Source of the DNA: Macrostomum lignano
Lineage: Eukaryota
NCBI GenBank assembly: GCA_002269645.1
Contig: NIVC01000151.1
Location: 62,001-126,000 of the forward strand
Direction of reading: 5' to 3'
Length of the DNA: 64,000 bases
A program made the position numbers and the translations under genes. The notes beneath the pieces were generated by a model that saw nothing but the letters and a program-made list of their open reading frames with translations, was not told where the DNA came from and searched no databases. Positions 46,286-60,510 of this stretch are shown in pieces. Each line of letters opens with the position of its first letter. Position 1 is the stretch's first letter.

Positions 46286-47114
46286 TAATCAAGGAACAAT
46301 CACTTCTAGCTCAGCAGCTAGGCAACCCAGTAAGTCAACAGAAGGTATTCAATTACCTTGAGTCCTTTGGAGATCTCTCGGAGTAGTTCTCGATTGTCTT
46401 CAGTTGCTCTCGTATAGTCACTTCTGACTTTCGTTTGTAGATCGGGTCCGATTCTTCTTTCTTCTTCAAATAGTTCCGGCCGGATTCTGTCGCTCGGACC
46501 AATGGGAAGCTTCCGAATTAACAGTGGGATCCCTGCGCCAAACTGCGGTCTAAATTAAGCCTCCTTCTTCTAGCAGTGCCTCTATGCACTCTAGGTATAG
46601 CTCCGGAAACCACTGATAGTCCTCTAAGATCTATCAGGGGCAGTCCTTCTGGAGACTGCAACCAATGGAGTCTAAACAGACTCAAGAGTCTCAACAGACT
46701 CAAATAGACTCAAGTCTCAATAGACTTGAGCGAGACGTCTCTAACACAACGGCGCAAATAAGGAAGGCTTACCGCAACAACTCGACCGAGTCTCGATTGA
46801 CTTGGTATATCAGGAAGTCCTCCTAAGGCTTCCTCTTCGGAGCGCTCCTCTTCCGTGGGGAGAATGGCTCCGGTACCGCTTCAGATCGCTTGTATTTATA
46901 GACAAGTTTTTGATCCAAAATAGTATCATGACAATTCACGTGTTGCGCTAAAAGGGGAAAATGGCTCATGGCGTATTATTCTGGTAACATCTTTTTCTGG
47001 TAGCGTGATTCATTCAAAGCTTAGGCGCACATGCGTGTACTTACTTACTTATAGTAGTATTATACGATTATCTTCTTTTTTCCTTTTTTAACGGGAGGTA
47101 GAACACTCTACACA
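46286..47114 (-). mobile_element. LTR-like non-coding cassette, copy 2
   Basis: Diverged homologue of 12756-14408 without the 18-bp expansion. TATAAATA on the minus strand at 46900-46893. Confidence 0.6.
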
Positions 47115-47429
47115 GACAGAGTTAAGACAGGAAACTGCCGGAACACCGTGCTGCAGGAGACTTCCTGGCAATCCCGAGTTCTCCTGCAATGACATGGGGT
47201 GCGGGGTACTCCGAAGTTGATGAAGCCAGTTGTGGAGAAATGTGATGCTGCAGGATCAGCTTGTACTGTTTCACTGCGAATTGCATAAGAGATTGTAACG
47301 TTGGAGCAGCTCTCAACGGTACACGCGTCTGACTGTCACGCCACCACCCCTGCTTCGATGCCGCCGCATTCATTTGGGGCCAAATTCACAGAGAGTGTAC
47401 ATGTCAGAGACTATTAAGAAAGTCAGGGC

Positions 47430-47580
47430 CGCTGTACACCCTCTGTGAGCGTGTGTGAGTGCGCACTGCATCCGTACACCCTGTGAGCGTGTGTGAGTGC
47501 GCACTGCATCCGTACACCCTGTGAGCGTGTGTGAGTGCGCACTGCATCCGCACACCCTGTGTGAGCGTGTGTGAGGGCGC
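47430..47580. repeat. 38-bp minisatellite
   Basis: (GCGCACTGCATCCGTACACCCTGTGAGCGTGTGTGAGT)n. Confidence 0.85.
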
Positions 47581-47599
47581 ACTGCTCCCGTACGATCAG

Positions 47600-47993
47600 A
47601 AGTCAGCGGATCGGGCAGAAGTGCCTCAGTGCAGTTGTAGGACCCTGTTGCCGAAGGCGTTGCACCCGGGCGCCCACCGCCTTCCTGCAAAAATTAGTTC
47701 TCATAAACCATATCGAACCCCATCGTTAAGCAAAAAAACCCGCACAGGAAACATGCACTTCTTTTGCTTGTTTCCTGTTTCACAAGCTGAGAATTTGCTA
47801 ATGCGGCTTGAATAAAAAGTAGTATTTCAAATATTGAAGAATCAAATTCCTTCACAGCTGAGCACTCGGACCTTACAGGCGAGTCGAGCTGTTCCAGGCC
47901 GAATGGCGACCCGTTGACCAGGCAGAAGGCGGACATGAGCAGCCCAAAAGTCAGTACCGCTGAGACCGAGCAACTGACTGCTGTCCTCAGCAT
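47600..47993 (-). CDS. Possible small secreted-protein gene: exon 47993-47877 and next exon from 47684, 3' end uncertain
   Basis: ATG followed by a signal-peptide-like MLRTAVSCSVSAVLTFGLLMSAFCLVNG-SP, donor CCT|GTAAGG and acceptor TTTTGCAG|GAA in phase 0. Confidence 0.3.
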
Positions 47994-48284
47994 GCTGCGA
48001 GGATTTTTGCAAAATAAAAGCTGCTTTTAACTCCCAGTTGATGGCCAGACATCGACTGAGCCCCCTCTTCCCAGCTTGCGTCCTGCTATTCAATGCTGCA
48101 ACAGGCCGTTGGTGCCTCATCTGGAATTGGTTGGCAATGCTGAGTCACCCACCCACCAATGAAATGTTTCTTTTGGAAGTAATTTTTCATCGCTGTATGC
48201 TCAATACATGATTGCAGAAGGTTGCTTTTACTGAGTGCATGAGAACAAAACATAGGCAGCTTGTCTTAACCAAGCCTTTGCTAC

Positions 48285-48840
<556 letters not shown>

Positions 48841-49524
48841 TGAGATGTACAGACACGTTAAAATACACATGTAGTGCCTGTCGTACAGACACAGATGCGT
48901 GTCCTCATGGCATCCATTGTACATTGCTCCTACTGGCAGTAGCATGATGAGTATCAGCAGTCAGATAACCGAATGCAACAGCTAATTTGTCCGCCAGCAC
49001 AGACGGACCGGACAAGCGAATTAAGAGCTGCCGAGGCGCTGATGAGCAACTGCTCGCCGCCGCCTCGATGACAGTTCGCGCAGGAAATTCGAATTTAGCA
49101 CGAAAGTTGTTGAAGGGGATCTACGGGGGGCTGCTGGTCCCTGCCCTTCCGCAGCCCGGATCGCTCGGCCCTCTGCACGCGAGCTGCTGACAGTCACGTG
49201 ATAATTGCGCCAGCTAATTGATGGAGTCATTCCGGGCTCGGGCTGCTGGGAGAACACGGCAAACACAACTCAGCTGCTGGGGGTTCGAAGTCACACTTTG
49301 TGACAGCAGGCCTGACCCCCAAGTGCACTGCAATTACTGTATTATTATTGCCCAGCTGCAACCAGACAGAACGCGGCGGGCAAATTAGACTCGATTGAGG
49401 CTCTCAGTTCAAACAGCGGTAGGGGGAGCAAGCATTGAGTTTTTTTTCGAAATTCCCAACCCGGATGTAGAATTATAACGCATCCCCGCGATCTGGATTT
49501 TTAGCTGTTCTGTTATTCAACAGT

Positions 49525-49680
49525 CTGCTGTCTGTGGGTCACACAGTCTGCTGTCTATGGTTCACACAGTCTGCTGTCTATGGTTCACACAGTCTACTGT
49601 CTATGGGTCACACAGTCTACTGTCTATGGGTCACACAGTCTACTGTCTATGGGTCACACAGTCTACTGTCTATGGGTCTG
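49525..49680. repeat. 23-bp minisatellite
   Basis: (CTATGGGTCACACAGTCTACTGT)n. Confidence 0.85.
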
Positions 49681-51251
49681 CAGTCTGTTATATGTCTCAA
49701 GCAGTTGCTGAAGCACTTAATTCCAGAGAAGACTGACTGCAAATGGCCAATATTTACGAGCTAGTACCCAGCAACTGACTATGATGGTGCGCAAATCCAG
49801 GAGCTTTGTGGCCCCTACGCCGGCAGTGAAGCGCTATTTAAAGACAATCAATGGCTTTCTTAGCTGCTGCTGAAATATTGAAGGCACCCTCGGTGGGTGG
49901 AGCCGGCAGTCGCGGCATTTACCGACATTTTTATGCCCGCACAAGCGGCAGCGCGGGGGCAATTAAAAGGCGCCCCACTTAAATGCCTCATCAACATGTT
50001 TTACTGTGGACAGGCAAACCCGGGGAAACTGGCCATTGTCCTGCCCGCCTTTGTTCGCTGAGCAGCCGAAGTTGAGAGCCGCTGAGAGTTCAGAGTCTCT
50101 GGACATTAAGCTGCCACCCCCTCCTCAGCTAATCCCCGCCCCTAATCTGCGATGCTGCGGATATGAGCATTTGCGCCGAGCGTGTGGGGCCGCTGCCCTC
50201 CGGATTAACAAGCTGGTCTGGGATTTGGGATGCCGCAGTGGGCGGGCAGCCGGCCGCTAACATGCCTACGGGGGGAGGGGCGGTGAGATAATCGGCCGGC
50301 CAGGTTAATCCCACAGCGCATTAACTGCCTGTCCGCATCAAAACGGGGCTGTTATGGTGGCTCACTGGTGAGGCCCTGTGATTCCCCCCTCAGTCACTCT
50401 CCCTTTCCGCTGAAATTTTATTCCCTCATCATGCGCAGCGCGGAAACCTCAGAAGCCACTCGCGCACCGCCGCGGCTCATGATTAATTCAGCGCCTGCGT
50501 CTCGGCGGGCCGATTCCCGCAATTCCAGCGGCCATTGCGGCTCAGCGCCCCCGGTTTTGTCAACTCGCCTCCCCCCGCTCGAGGATCAAATAAACACGGG
50601 GAGTAAAAAGCTGCCCCAGCTAATGCGGCCCTGGTTATCCCCGGTGGCTTCCCCGACTTTGTTCCCCGATAGCCCCGACAAAGAGGTCGGGGGCAGCGTA
50701 ACGACTTTTGCTACTCCGGCAGAGGCTCCCAGGAGAGCCGGCGGAGGCTGAAGACGCGATTTCGAGTTTCCCGCATCGAATTAAAGATCCGTCTCCCGTG
50801 CCTGAGATTTTTATGCCGCAGCCGCCGAGCTTTTTTTCGGGGGGGGGGGGGTGGAGGATCGATGGGTGCCGGCGGGCCGCAGTTTTTGTGCCGCTCAATA
50901 AGGCTGGCAAGTCAGGAGTATCGCATTTCCAGCTGCCTCGGCCAGGCATTGTGTTGATGAGGCAATGCCTTTCTAAGAAACTTAGAACCCCTATCAACTT
51001 GAGCAGTCACTTTTTTGCTCAGCCTCGTTATTGCTTCATCAAAGTCAGCGAGATCTCTGTCTCACTCTCCCTGCCTCCCTCTCCGTCACAATCTCAGCAG
51101 CAATCTGCGGCTTCGACTTGAATTTCCGGTGCGCGCTCGACATGCGGGGGCCACACAGAAGTCTCAGCTCCCCCGCGATACGCGACGGTGGCTCACTTCT
51201 GCTGCCTGATTGACAGATTGGCTGGTCTGATTGAAAATTGATACTTTTCAG

Positions 51252-51648
51252 CTGAGCTGAGTTGAGTTCAGCTGAGTTGAGCTGAGCTGAGTTGAGCTGA
51301 GTTGAGCTGAGTTGAGTTGAGCTGAGCTGAGTTGAGCTGAGTTGAGCTGAGTTGAGCTGAGCTGAGCTGAGCTGAGCTAAGTTGAGCTGAGCTGAGCTGA
51401 GCTGAGCTGAGTTGAGCTGAGCTGAGTTGAGTTGAGCTGAGCTGAGTTGAGCTAAGTTGAGCTGAGCTGAGTTGAGCTGAGTTGAGCTGAGCTGAGTTGA
51501 GCTGAGTTGAGCTGAGCTGAGTGAGCTGAGTTGAGTTGAGTTGAGCTGAGCTGAGCTGAGTTGAGCTGAGTTGAGCTGAGTTGAGCTGAGCTGAGCTGAG
51601 TTGAGCTGAGCTGAGCTGAGCTGAGCTGAGCTGAGCTGAGCTGAGTTG
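51252..51648. repeat. (GCTGA/GTTGA)n pentanucleotide repeat
   Basis: Mixed GAGCT/GAGTT pentamers. Confidence 0.95.
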
Positions 51649-52129
51649 AGATCCCCTCGCCAAAAAATCAGCTGCCCCCTGACTCGGCGCTCATCTTACA
51701 GGCCTAGAAACGCCAGCTCAGCTGCTGAGCTCCATCCCAGATCCTAGCAGCCAAGACGGGCCGTCAGCCCCGCGCGAGACATTTGGCGACTGGCCAAATC
51801 CCCGCCGCTCGCATTCTGATCCCCGCCAAGCCGTGTGAGCTGGGAGAATTCAATGGGGATCGCCTGGGAGATGAATGGCCGGCTTTGCCCCGCCCAGCTT
51901 CTTTTCAAGTCCCTGGAGGCGATGAAAGAAGGAGCGAAACACGACACGGAGCCTGCGGATATTCTCGGGATATTATCCCCTCCTGTCCGCCGTCTCTGCA
52001 GACAGCCTCTTCCCGCTCGCGCTTTTCGGGTGTCCGGTGCCGCTTGCTGCCTGTCGTTCAGCTGCTGCAACTTTCCCACATCTGGTTGACTGTGAAGCCA
52101 GGCATCTCTTCTCATCCCACTCGAGTCCC

Positions 52130-52575
52130 TTAAAACCAACCGAATCCCCAAAATCCTGCAGAATTCCCTCAGACCCGACCCAATTCCCAGAAAACCCTAC
52201 CGAATTCCCACAAAACCCAACCGAATTCCCACAAAACCCAACCTAATTCCCCTAAAACCCTACCGAATTCCCACAAAACCCAACCGAATTCCCACAAAAC
52301 CCAACCGAATTCCCACAAAACCCAACCTAATTCCCCTAAAACCCTACCGAATTCCCACAAAACTCTACCGAATTCCCACAAAACCCTACCGAATTCCCCA
52401 AAGCCTTACCGAATTCCCACAAAACCCTACCAAATTCCCCAAAACCCTACTGAATTCCCAAAACTATACTGAATTCCCGAAAACCCTATCGAATTCCTAT
52501 TCCTAAAAACCCTATCGAATTCCTAAAAACTCTACCGAATTCCCCAAAAACCCTACCGAATTCCCAGAATTCCCC
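52130..52575. repeat. About 20-bp minisatellite
   Basis: (AAACCCTACCGAATTCCCAC)n, degenerate. Confidence 0.9.
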
Positions 52576-53707
52576 CAGAATCTTGAAATCGCACCCCCAA
52601 GAATTCCCCGATTGCCCCAGCCCGGCAACAGCCCTGGCGCAATGTCACACAGCGGGGGTCAAGCAAACACAGCAGCGGCTCAGGCGGATTAATTAACTCG
52701 CACAGGCAGATTGGCTTGTCGGCGGCAGGAGAGCCGCAGCCCTCGCAGTGCTCGGTGTCGCAGTTTTGCTAACACAGAAACTGCAGTCAGCTTTTGCACT
52801 GCGGCTAATCACCGGATCAGCTGATAAGGGTCATTGCTTGCAGCGGAGGGATTTCGGAACCTGTGAAGGCCGCCGCTGAGCTTTTCACCTTATCAGTTAA
52901 TGACTCCGATCCCCCGCATCCGCGCTCCCAACAGCTCGGCCCGTTAGCAAATATTTGCTCAACTCTGCTGCTCAACTCTGCTACTAGGAGACTGCGGAGA
53001 GCGCGCAAGCCTCGACTCTCGGCATGTTGTCGTTTTTTTGACAAATCCCCTCTCCCAATTCTCCCAATCCGCCCGGAGTGTCAAGCGTGACTGGGGGGGG
53101 GGACTCGATCAGCTCCGAGCTCCGAAGCGAAAGCAGAAATTTCCCTCTGAATCCGAAGCCTTCGGGCCAAAGAAGTTGGCGGAGGCGCCTCGGCTTCGCT
53201 TCTCTCCCCAGCGCCTCCTCCCGCCGGGCCCGTCAGCATTTTTAATGCCATTCGCGCTGACACGCAGGCCGCAGAGTGAAGAGGAAGAAGGCCCGGAGAC
53301 CAGATTCCTCCATTACTTTGAGAAGCAGCTTCATCAAGTCATGAATCTTGATTTCTCCCTTCCTCTCCCCCCCCCCTTTTCCAGCTTCTCCGCTGCGCCG
53401 GGCCGCCTCACAGGCGGGCGGCTTCCTGAGCTCGAAGGCGGCGGCTGCAGCGCAGCAGACAGCGCGGGCCGCGTCGCTTCCGGTCAGCCTCGCCAATTCA
53501 AGCCGCTGCCGCTGCTGTTGTTATTGATGTCGCTGGTGAATTGTGCGAGCTCAATTGGCATTGTGATGGCGGAATTATTGAGCTGAATGAGCCCCAGCCC
53601 CCCGGTGCGTCAGCCGTCTCCGCCCCTGGCATCCGGTTGCTTTGAAGCTTTGGAACCGCCGCGATGCCCGACACACTCAGATCTGGCATGGCTCAGGCCG
53701 CCTGCAT

Positions 53708-53945
53708 CTGACACTGTCAGTAACATTCTACACTGTCAGTAACATTTGACACTGTCAGTAAAATTCTACACTGTCAGTAGCATCTGACACTGTTAGTAAC
53801 ATTCGACACTGTCAGTAACATTCGACACTGTCAGTAACATTTGACACTGTCAGTAACATTCTACACTGTCAGTAGCATCTGACACTGTTAGTAACATTCG
53901 ACACTGTCAGTAACATTTGACACTGTCAGTAGAATCTGACACTTT
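53708..53945. repeat. 20-bp minisatellite
   Basis: (GACACTGTCAGTAACATT(C/T)..)n. Confidence 0.9.
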
Positions 53946-54019
53946 GAGTTCTGTTGCTAACAGATCTGATTCAGTCAGCAAGATTTGTCCATGTAAACTA
54001 GCTCAGCTCAGCTCAGCTC

Positions 54020-55180
54020 ACTCAGCTCTGACACTATCACACTTAGCTCTGACACAATCACACTCAGCCCTGACACTATCACAATCAGCCCTGACACTAT
54101 CACAATCAGCTCTGACACTATCACAATCAGCTCTGACACTATCACACTCAGCCCTGACACTATCACAATCAGCCCTGACACTATCACAATCAGCTCTGAC
54201 ACTATCACAATCAGCTCTGACACTATCACACTCAGCCCTGACACTATCACAATCAGCCCTGACACTATCACAATCAGCTCTGACACTATCACAATCAGCT
54301 CTGACACTATCACAATCAGCTCTGACACAATCACACTCAGCTCTGACACTATCACACTCAGCCCTGACACTATCACACTCAGCTCTGACACTATCACACT
54401 CGTGCAGCTCTGACACAATCACACTCAGCCCTGACACTATCACAATCAGCTCTGACACTATCACACTCAGCTCTGACACTATCACAATCAGCTCTGACAC
54501 TATCACACTCAGCCCTGACACTATCACACTCAGCTCTGACACTATCACACTCAGCCCTGACACTATCACAATCAGCTCTGACACTATCACACTCAGCCCT
54601 GACACTATCACACTCAGCTCTGACACTATCAGACACATCAAGATTCTGACACTCAGCCCTGACACTATCACACTCAGCTCTGACACTATCACACTCAGCC
54701 CTGAAACTATCAGACTCAGCTCTGACACTATCACACTCAGCCCTGACACTATCACAATCAGCCCTGACACTATCACAATCAGCTCTGACACTATCACAAT
54801 CAGCTCTGACACTATCACACTCAGCCCTGACACTATCACAATCAGCCCTGACACTATCACAATCAGCTCTGACACTATCACAATCAGCTCTGACACTATC
54901 ACAATCAGCTCTGACACAATCACACTCAGCTCTGACACTATCACACTCAGCCCTGACACTATCACAATCAGCTCTGACACAATCACACTCAGCTCTGACA
55001 CTATCACACTCGTGCAGCTCTGACACAATCACACTCAGCCCTGACACTATCACAATCAGCCCTGACACTATCACAATCAGCTCTGACACTATCACAATCA
55101 GCTCTGACACTATCACAATCAGCTCTGACACAATCACACTCAGCTCTGACACTATCACACTCAGCCCTGACACTATCACG
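54020..55180. repeat. 21-bp minisatellite, about 1.15 kb
   Basis: (CTGACACTATCACAATCAGCT)n with CTC/ATC and CCT/CTC variants. Confidence 0.95.
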
Positions 55181-55919
55181 CCGAGCCGCTCGAAGCCGCC
55201 AAGAGAAAGCTCGCAGCTCCGCAGATCGGAGCCGCAGATTCGAGTCGGTCAGCCAGCAAAAGGTGGCACCTGCTGATGAAGCTGCCGGAAGGAGTCTGTC
55301 AATCCTACAGCGCAGAGCATGATGGATGTCTGATGCGCGGAGCTTTATGGTCATCGCCGCCAGACTGCTGGCTAAACAGCAGCTGCTGATTTGAGCTGCT
55401 GATAGCGAGCCCCAGCCTCTCAGCTTCATATTCGGTGATGCTGGGAGGGCAGCTGACAGAACGCAGGCTGAAGCCGCCTCGCCTTCCCCCCGCCCGAACC
55501 CCCCATCGGCCAGAGCGCGGCGCTGTTATGATAACTTTTTCAATCGGGCGACAGCGCGCAGAAAACACATTGCGGGAGAATTATTGAATATGATTTTATT
55601 TAAGTTCAATTGACTGCCTGTCAGTCAGGGCCTCCGCACCCCCAGTGTTTTGCTTTCCCCAGCCAGGGAGGGGGTTCAAAAGTGACTGGCAGAATCGAAG
55701 TGCTGGACGCGGAGAGGAATTACAAAAGTAAACTTTGATGCGGATGGCGGCGGCCTGCCTTTGGACTGGAGGGGGGGGAACAGCAGGAGACGCCCAACTG
55801 AGGGAGAGGCGAGAAGGGAGACAATTGAACCCAAATATATGCAGCAACAATTGAGTAATGAAGTGAGAATTTCATTAGCAGGAAATGTGGATCTTCTTTT
55901 AGTTCCTTCTGATTACAGA

Positions 55920-56500
55920 GAGAGAGAGATAATGCGAGAGAGTAGGAGAGAGTAGGAGAGAGTAGGAGAGAGTAGGAGAGAGTAGGAGAGAGTAGGAGAG
56001 AGTAGGAGAGAGTAGGAGAGAGTAGGAGAGAGTAGGAGAGAGTAGGAGAGAGTAGGAGAGAGTAGGAGAGAGTAGGAGAGAGTAGGAGAGAGTAGGAGAG
56101 AGTAGGAGAGAGTAGGAGAGAGTAGGAGAGAGTAGGAGAGAGTAGGAGAGAGTAGGAGAGAGTAGGAGAGAGTAGGAGAGAGTAGGAGAGAGTAGGAGAG
56201 AGTAGGAGAGAGTAGGAGAGAGCAGGAGAGAGTAGGAGAGAGCAGGAGAGAGTAGGAGAGAGCAGGAGAGAGTAGGAGAGAGCAGGAGAGAGTAGGAGAG
56301 AGCAGGAGAGAGTAGGAGAGAGCAGGAGAGAGTAGGAGAGAGCAGGAGAGAGTAGGAGAGAGTAGGAGAGAGCAGGAGAGAGTAGGAGAGAGTAGGAGAG
56401 AGTAGGAGAGAGCAGGAGAGAGTAGGAGAGAGCAGGAGAGAGTAGGAGAGAGCAGGAGAGAGTAGGAGAGAGCAGGAGAGAGTAGGAGAGAGCAGGAGAG
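55920..56500. repeat. 10-bp purine repeat
   Basis: (AGAGAGTAGG)n switching to alternating TAGG/CAGG units. Confidence 0.97.
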
Positions 56501-57579
56501 AGTGGTGAGAGTAGCAGAAAGCTGGAGAAAGAGAGAGTGGTGAGAGTAGCAGAAAGCTGGAGAAAGAGAGAGTGGTGAGAGTGGGAGAGCGGGATATTGC
56601 AAAGGACGAGAGGGCAAGCGGCTGCACGCAGCTCAGGCTCGGGTGCGGCTGGCACTGTTTGCAGCCCGGCAGGCAGGCAGCTGCTCAGAGCCGATGCGAT
56701 CTCCGTGCAGCTCTGAGTTGATCACCGGCAAGATCGGCAAGACTTGCAGCTCCTCCACCTGCTCGGAGAAGTGGAACAAGACGCTGAAGTGGCAAGCCAA
56801 GGGTGCGGAGACATTGGCAACAAAGACTTGATAGAATAGCAGTTGCCAGTTAGGTGGAGGGAGTTCGAGCAGAATGAGATGAAGAGGGGCTCAATTACAG
56901 GCGCTGGAGACTGGGCGGAGCCTGGCAGCGGCTCGGGCAGAATATTCGTGACCCCGGCCTATTCGGAATGGATCGTGAAAGCGAAGCGGCCTGGCGGGGG
57001 CCTCGGGTAGGCACTGGGAGGGGGAGAAGGGAACACAAAACAGTCATGTTTAAAAGTTGGGAATTGAGATCGAACAAGAATTGAGATCCCCAAATTTGAT
57101 CCGGGTTTGGGGGGCTGGGGGGGGGGGGTTTAAGCATCCGCGAAGGCCGCCACCTTAAATGCGGCACGCCTGAGCGGGCCCGGTGTGACCGATTGAGGCT
57201 GAGCAGGGGGGGGGGGCACGAGCCGGCCTCAGTAATTACAGGGCTCCATTACGGGCGTAGCCGGGCCTTTTTGCCGCAACTTTCACCATGTGAGCAGGGA
57301 GAACATGAGATTGCCATTGGCACAGACAGGCGGATCGGTGTCGGCTTGCTTTGCCTTTCTAGCCCGGGTCTTTGTTGCAAAACAATCGCGCCGCCAGTCC
57401 CCACCCCAGACAAAGACTCGAGTCATTAATTTGATCGCGCTGTATGAGACGTTCGCGGCTTAAAGAATTTCCCCGGCGTTGAAGTTGGGATAATTATTCC
57501 GAGGGGAGGACAGGACAGACTGCTAGCAGACAGGAAAATCTTGCAGGGAATTTGAGGGAAGGGGAGAGGAGAAAAGAGA

Positions 57580-57740
57580 GGAGAGAGCAGAGGGGGGAGT
57601 CGAGAGAGTAGAGAGAAGAGAAGAGAGATAAGAGAGTATAGAGTAGAGAATAGACAAAAGAAAGAGAGAGGAGAGTAGAGAAGAGAGAGAAGAAAGGAGA
57701 GAGTAGAGAAGAGAGAGAAGAGAGGAGAGAAAAAAGATGA
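57580..57740. repeat. AG-rich low-complexity tract
   Basis: Nearly all-purine GAGAGAAGAG-type tract. Confidence 0.8.
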
Positions 57741-59322
57741 GGAGTGAAGAGAAGCGGGAGCTGAACAGTCGGAGTTACTGAAGTAGAAGTAAATTTTGAA
57801 CTAATATGAAAAAATTAAAACGTGCAGGGATACCTGGGGCAGACAGAGAGCCGGTGGGAGCAGCAGCGCAGATTAGTGAATGATGAGATCTAAAATTCGA
57901 TTATCCTTGGCAAAACCGCCAAGCCAACTGCTTGGCAGATGCGGCACAAAGGGAGCCGGCTCTACGGATGAAGATACAACATTATGAAAATCGCCTACAG
58001 AATCCGCAAGTCCCAGGCAGTGTGCCTGTCTTTGTCTCAGCTGCAATCCGGCAGTGCGGGATATCCTGACCCGCCGCGATCGCCTGCAAGGCTTCGCCTG
58101 TCGAGTGTCTCCCCATCGAGGCTCGAGGCGCCGTAAAAGTCGCGCTAGGCTTCGGCGCTTCTCAGTCCGGGAGTGAAGAAGGAGCTGTTTGCTTAAGTGA
58201 GGCAGCCGCTGGATGACAAAAGTATTTGTAACGCGGGGTGGCGCAGGACGGGCAGCCACTCACATCATCCGGGGTTAATTATGGCCCCCAATCTACCCGA
58301 CTGGCCTGAGGAAACAATAATTGTTAATCATTGTTGTATTGCTGTTGTAACATGTCGGGCGGCCATTACAGAACAGGGGGGGAAGGGGAGCGCAACGCGA
58401 TGCCGATCTGCGCCCTTGGGTCACGGAATGGGCCGGGCTTGATGGAGGGCCGGGCCATAGACAATTGCAGGGCTTAATTTGACTTGACGCGCGGGCCCAG
58501 GCAGCCTTTACAGCCCCGGCATTAGCGGCTCACGGGTCAGTTCACCTGGCACAGGCGGTGATTGAGTCGGCAGGTTTCTCTGCTAAATTCCACAGCTTGC
58601 CGTCTGGCGCTGCAGTCTGCGTGCCGGCCGTGAATGCCTGAGCAAGCAGCGCCTGCTTGCGACAACATTTTAATTATCCATGCGCAGAGCAGGGAACAGT
58701 CAGCATTGTTATTAACCTGAATTTTTATAACTCCCCTCAAAACAAGTCTTTATAAAAAGCAGATAAAACAGGGAAGTCAGCCCAACTCGCACAACAACAA
58801 CAACAAAAACAACAGCGAACAGCGAACTCGACAGGACACGCCAATAAATTATTCCCAACCACTGCCGCAGTGGCGCCCAGGAAAGCGCAGTGGGAATTAT
58901 TATGATTTCTCCTGTTATCTCTGTTTCCCATCTATTGCTTGGGCTCTGCTTTTAGCCTTTTTTGTTGCACGCAAAAAGCAAGGAAAGAGCCTGGAGGGGT
59001 GGGTGGGCAGGCGGCAAGCGATACAATTTAGCGCCAAGGTGCGGGTGGGGGCAGCAGCGGCCTGGCGCCACTCTGCCGAATCTTGACGCCTGCAGGCCAT
59101 TGGGCTTCACGGGGGCGTCTGGCCCTCCCGCCAGCCAATCCGGGCCGCGCGTAGGGGGGGGGGCAGCCTCTGCAGTGCTCTGCAAAGCCGGCTATTAAAT
59201 AGGAAATGGAGGCCGCGGGATTCTCAGCAAAAACTCAACAATTTGTGCCGGAGCTCCTCTGGGAACCCCAGCCTGCCCAGCCAAGCCACTTCATCTCCGA
59301 GCAGCTGCAGTTCCCGCTGGCG

Positions 59323-59819
59323 ATGTCCTTCAACCCCTTCGTCGGCGGCTTCCCCAGCTCGGCCGCCGAGCTGCCGCTGCTGCCCGGCTACTTTGGCTTC
59401 CCGCCGCACCACCCGACCGGTGCCGCTGCCGCCCACCACCCGCACCCCGGCTTCATGGCCGCTGCCGCCGCCGCTGCCGCTGCAGCCGCCGCAGCCGCCG
59501 CTGCCAGCTCTGCCGCTTCTTCTGGCGGAGGCGGCGGCGGGGCCAGCGGCGGAGGAACTTCATCCACGGCAGGCTCGACGGCCATCAAGACGATCGGCGG
59601 CTTCTCTGGGCCGCCGCCGCTGATGCCGTCGGAGCTGTTCTCGCCCGCACATGCCGCCGCCGCCGGCCTGCTGAGGAACTTCGAGCCGCCGACCGCGGAG
59701 GAGCAGCAGCAGCAGCAGGCGGAGGTGACCGACGACCCGAAGGTGGAGCTGGTGGAGAAGGAGTTGTGGGATCAGTTCCACGGCTTCGGCACCGAGATGG
59801 TCATCACCAAGAGTGGCCG
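59323..59819 (+). CDS. TBX2/3: T-box transcription factor of the Tbx2/3 (optomotor-blind) subfamily, first coding exon; remainder lies beyond the window
   Basis: [30 protein letters not shown] matches the Tbx2/3 T-domain start. It ends at the conserved phase-2 intron (CG|GTGAGT). MSFNPF resembles the MAYHPF N-terminus and is followed by poly-Ala/Gly. The frame is also open from ATG 59206. Confidence 0.9.
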
Positions 59820-59984
59820 GTGAGTCTCGGGCCGCTGCACTGCCGGTTTTTTCTAGAATTGAATTTTTCCTCATAAAACCCAGACCCAGAGTGACGAGTC
59901 TCAGTTGCCGTCCCGGCAGACATTCAAGGCTTGGTATTAATAATCATTATTTGAGAGGGTAGAGCCAACTGGGGGTAACGCTAA

Positions 59985-60510
59985 CGGTAAAGGTAGCGCC
60001 AATTTCAAGGGGTAGCACGGTTGTAGGGGTAGCGCCAAAGATCTGGATAGCGCCACTTTCAATGGGTAGCGCCAACCCGCCAACTGTAGGGGTAGCGCCA
60101 AAGATCTGGATAGCGCCATTTTCAATGGGTAGCGCCAACCCGCCAACTGTAGGGGTAGCGCCAAAGATCTGGATAGCGCTATTTTCAATAGGTAGCGCCA
60201 AAGATCTCGATAGCGCCATTTTCAATGGGTAGCGTCAACCCGCCAACTATAGGGGTAGCGCCAACTATAGGGGTAGCGCCAACTATAGGGGTAGCGCCAA
60301 CTATAGGGGGTAGCGCCAACTATAGGGGGTAGCGCCAACTATAGGGGGTAGCGCCAACTATAGGGGGTAGCGCCAACTATAGGGGGTAGCGCCAACAATG
60401 GGGGGTAGCGCCAACTATAGAGGTAGCGCCAACTATAGGGGGTAGCGCCAACTGTAGGGGTAGCGCCAAATATAGGGGGTAGCGCCAACTGTAGGGGTAG
60501 CGCCAACTGA
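59985..60510. repeat. 20-21 bp minisatellite with ~62-bp higher-order units in Tbx2/3 intron 1
   Basis: (GGGGTAGCGCCAACTATAG)n and GTAGCGCCAAAGATCTGGATAGCGCC units. Confidence 0.9.

Noticed and set aside
49037-49060. CTGATGAG-hairpin-CTC hammerhead-like start
   Set aside because: It is followed by GCCG, not the required GAAA.
53038-53586. 182-aa ORF and similar ORFs in 49000-59000 and 60600-64000
   Set aside because: No domains or codon bias, and many overlapping frames are open, as expected for GC-rich non-coding DNA.
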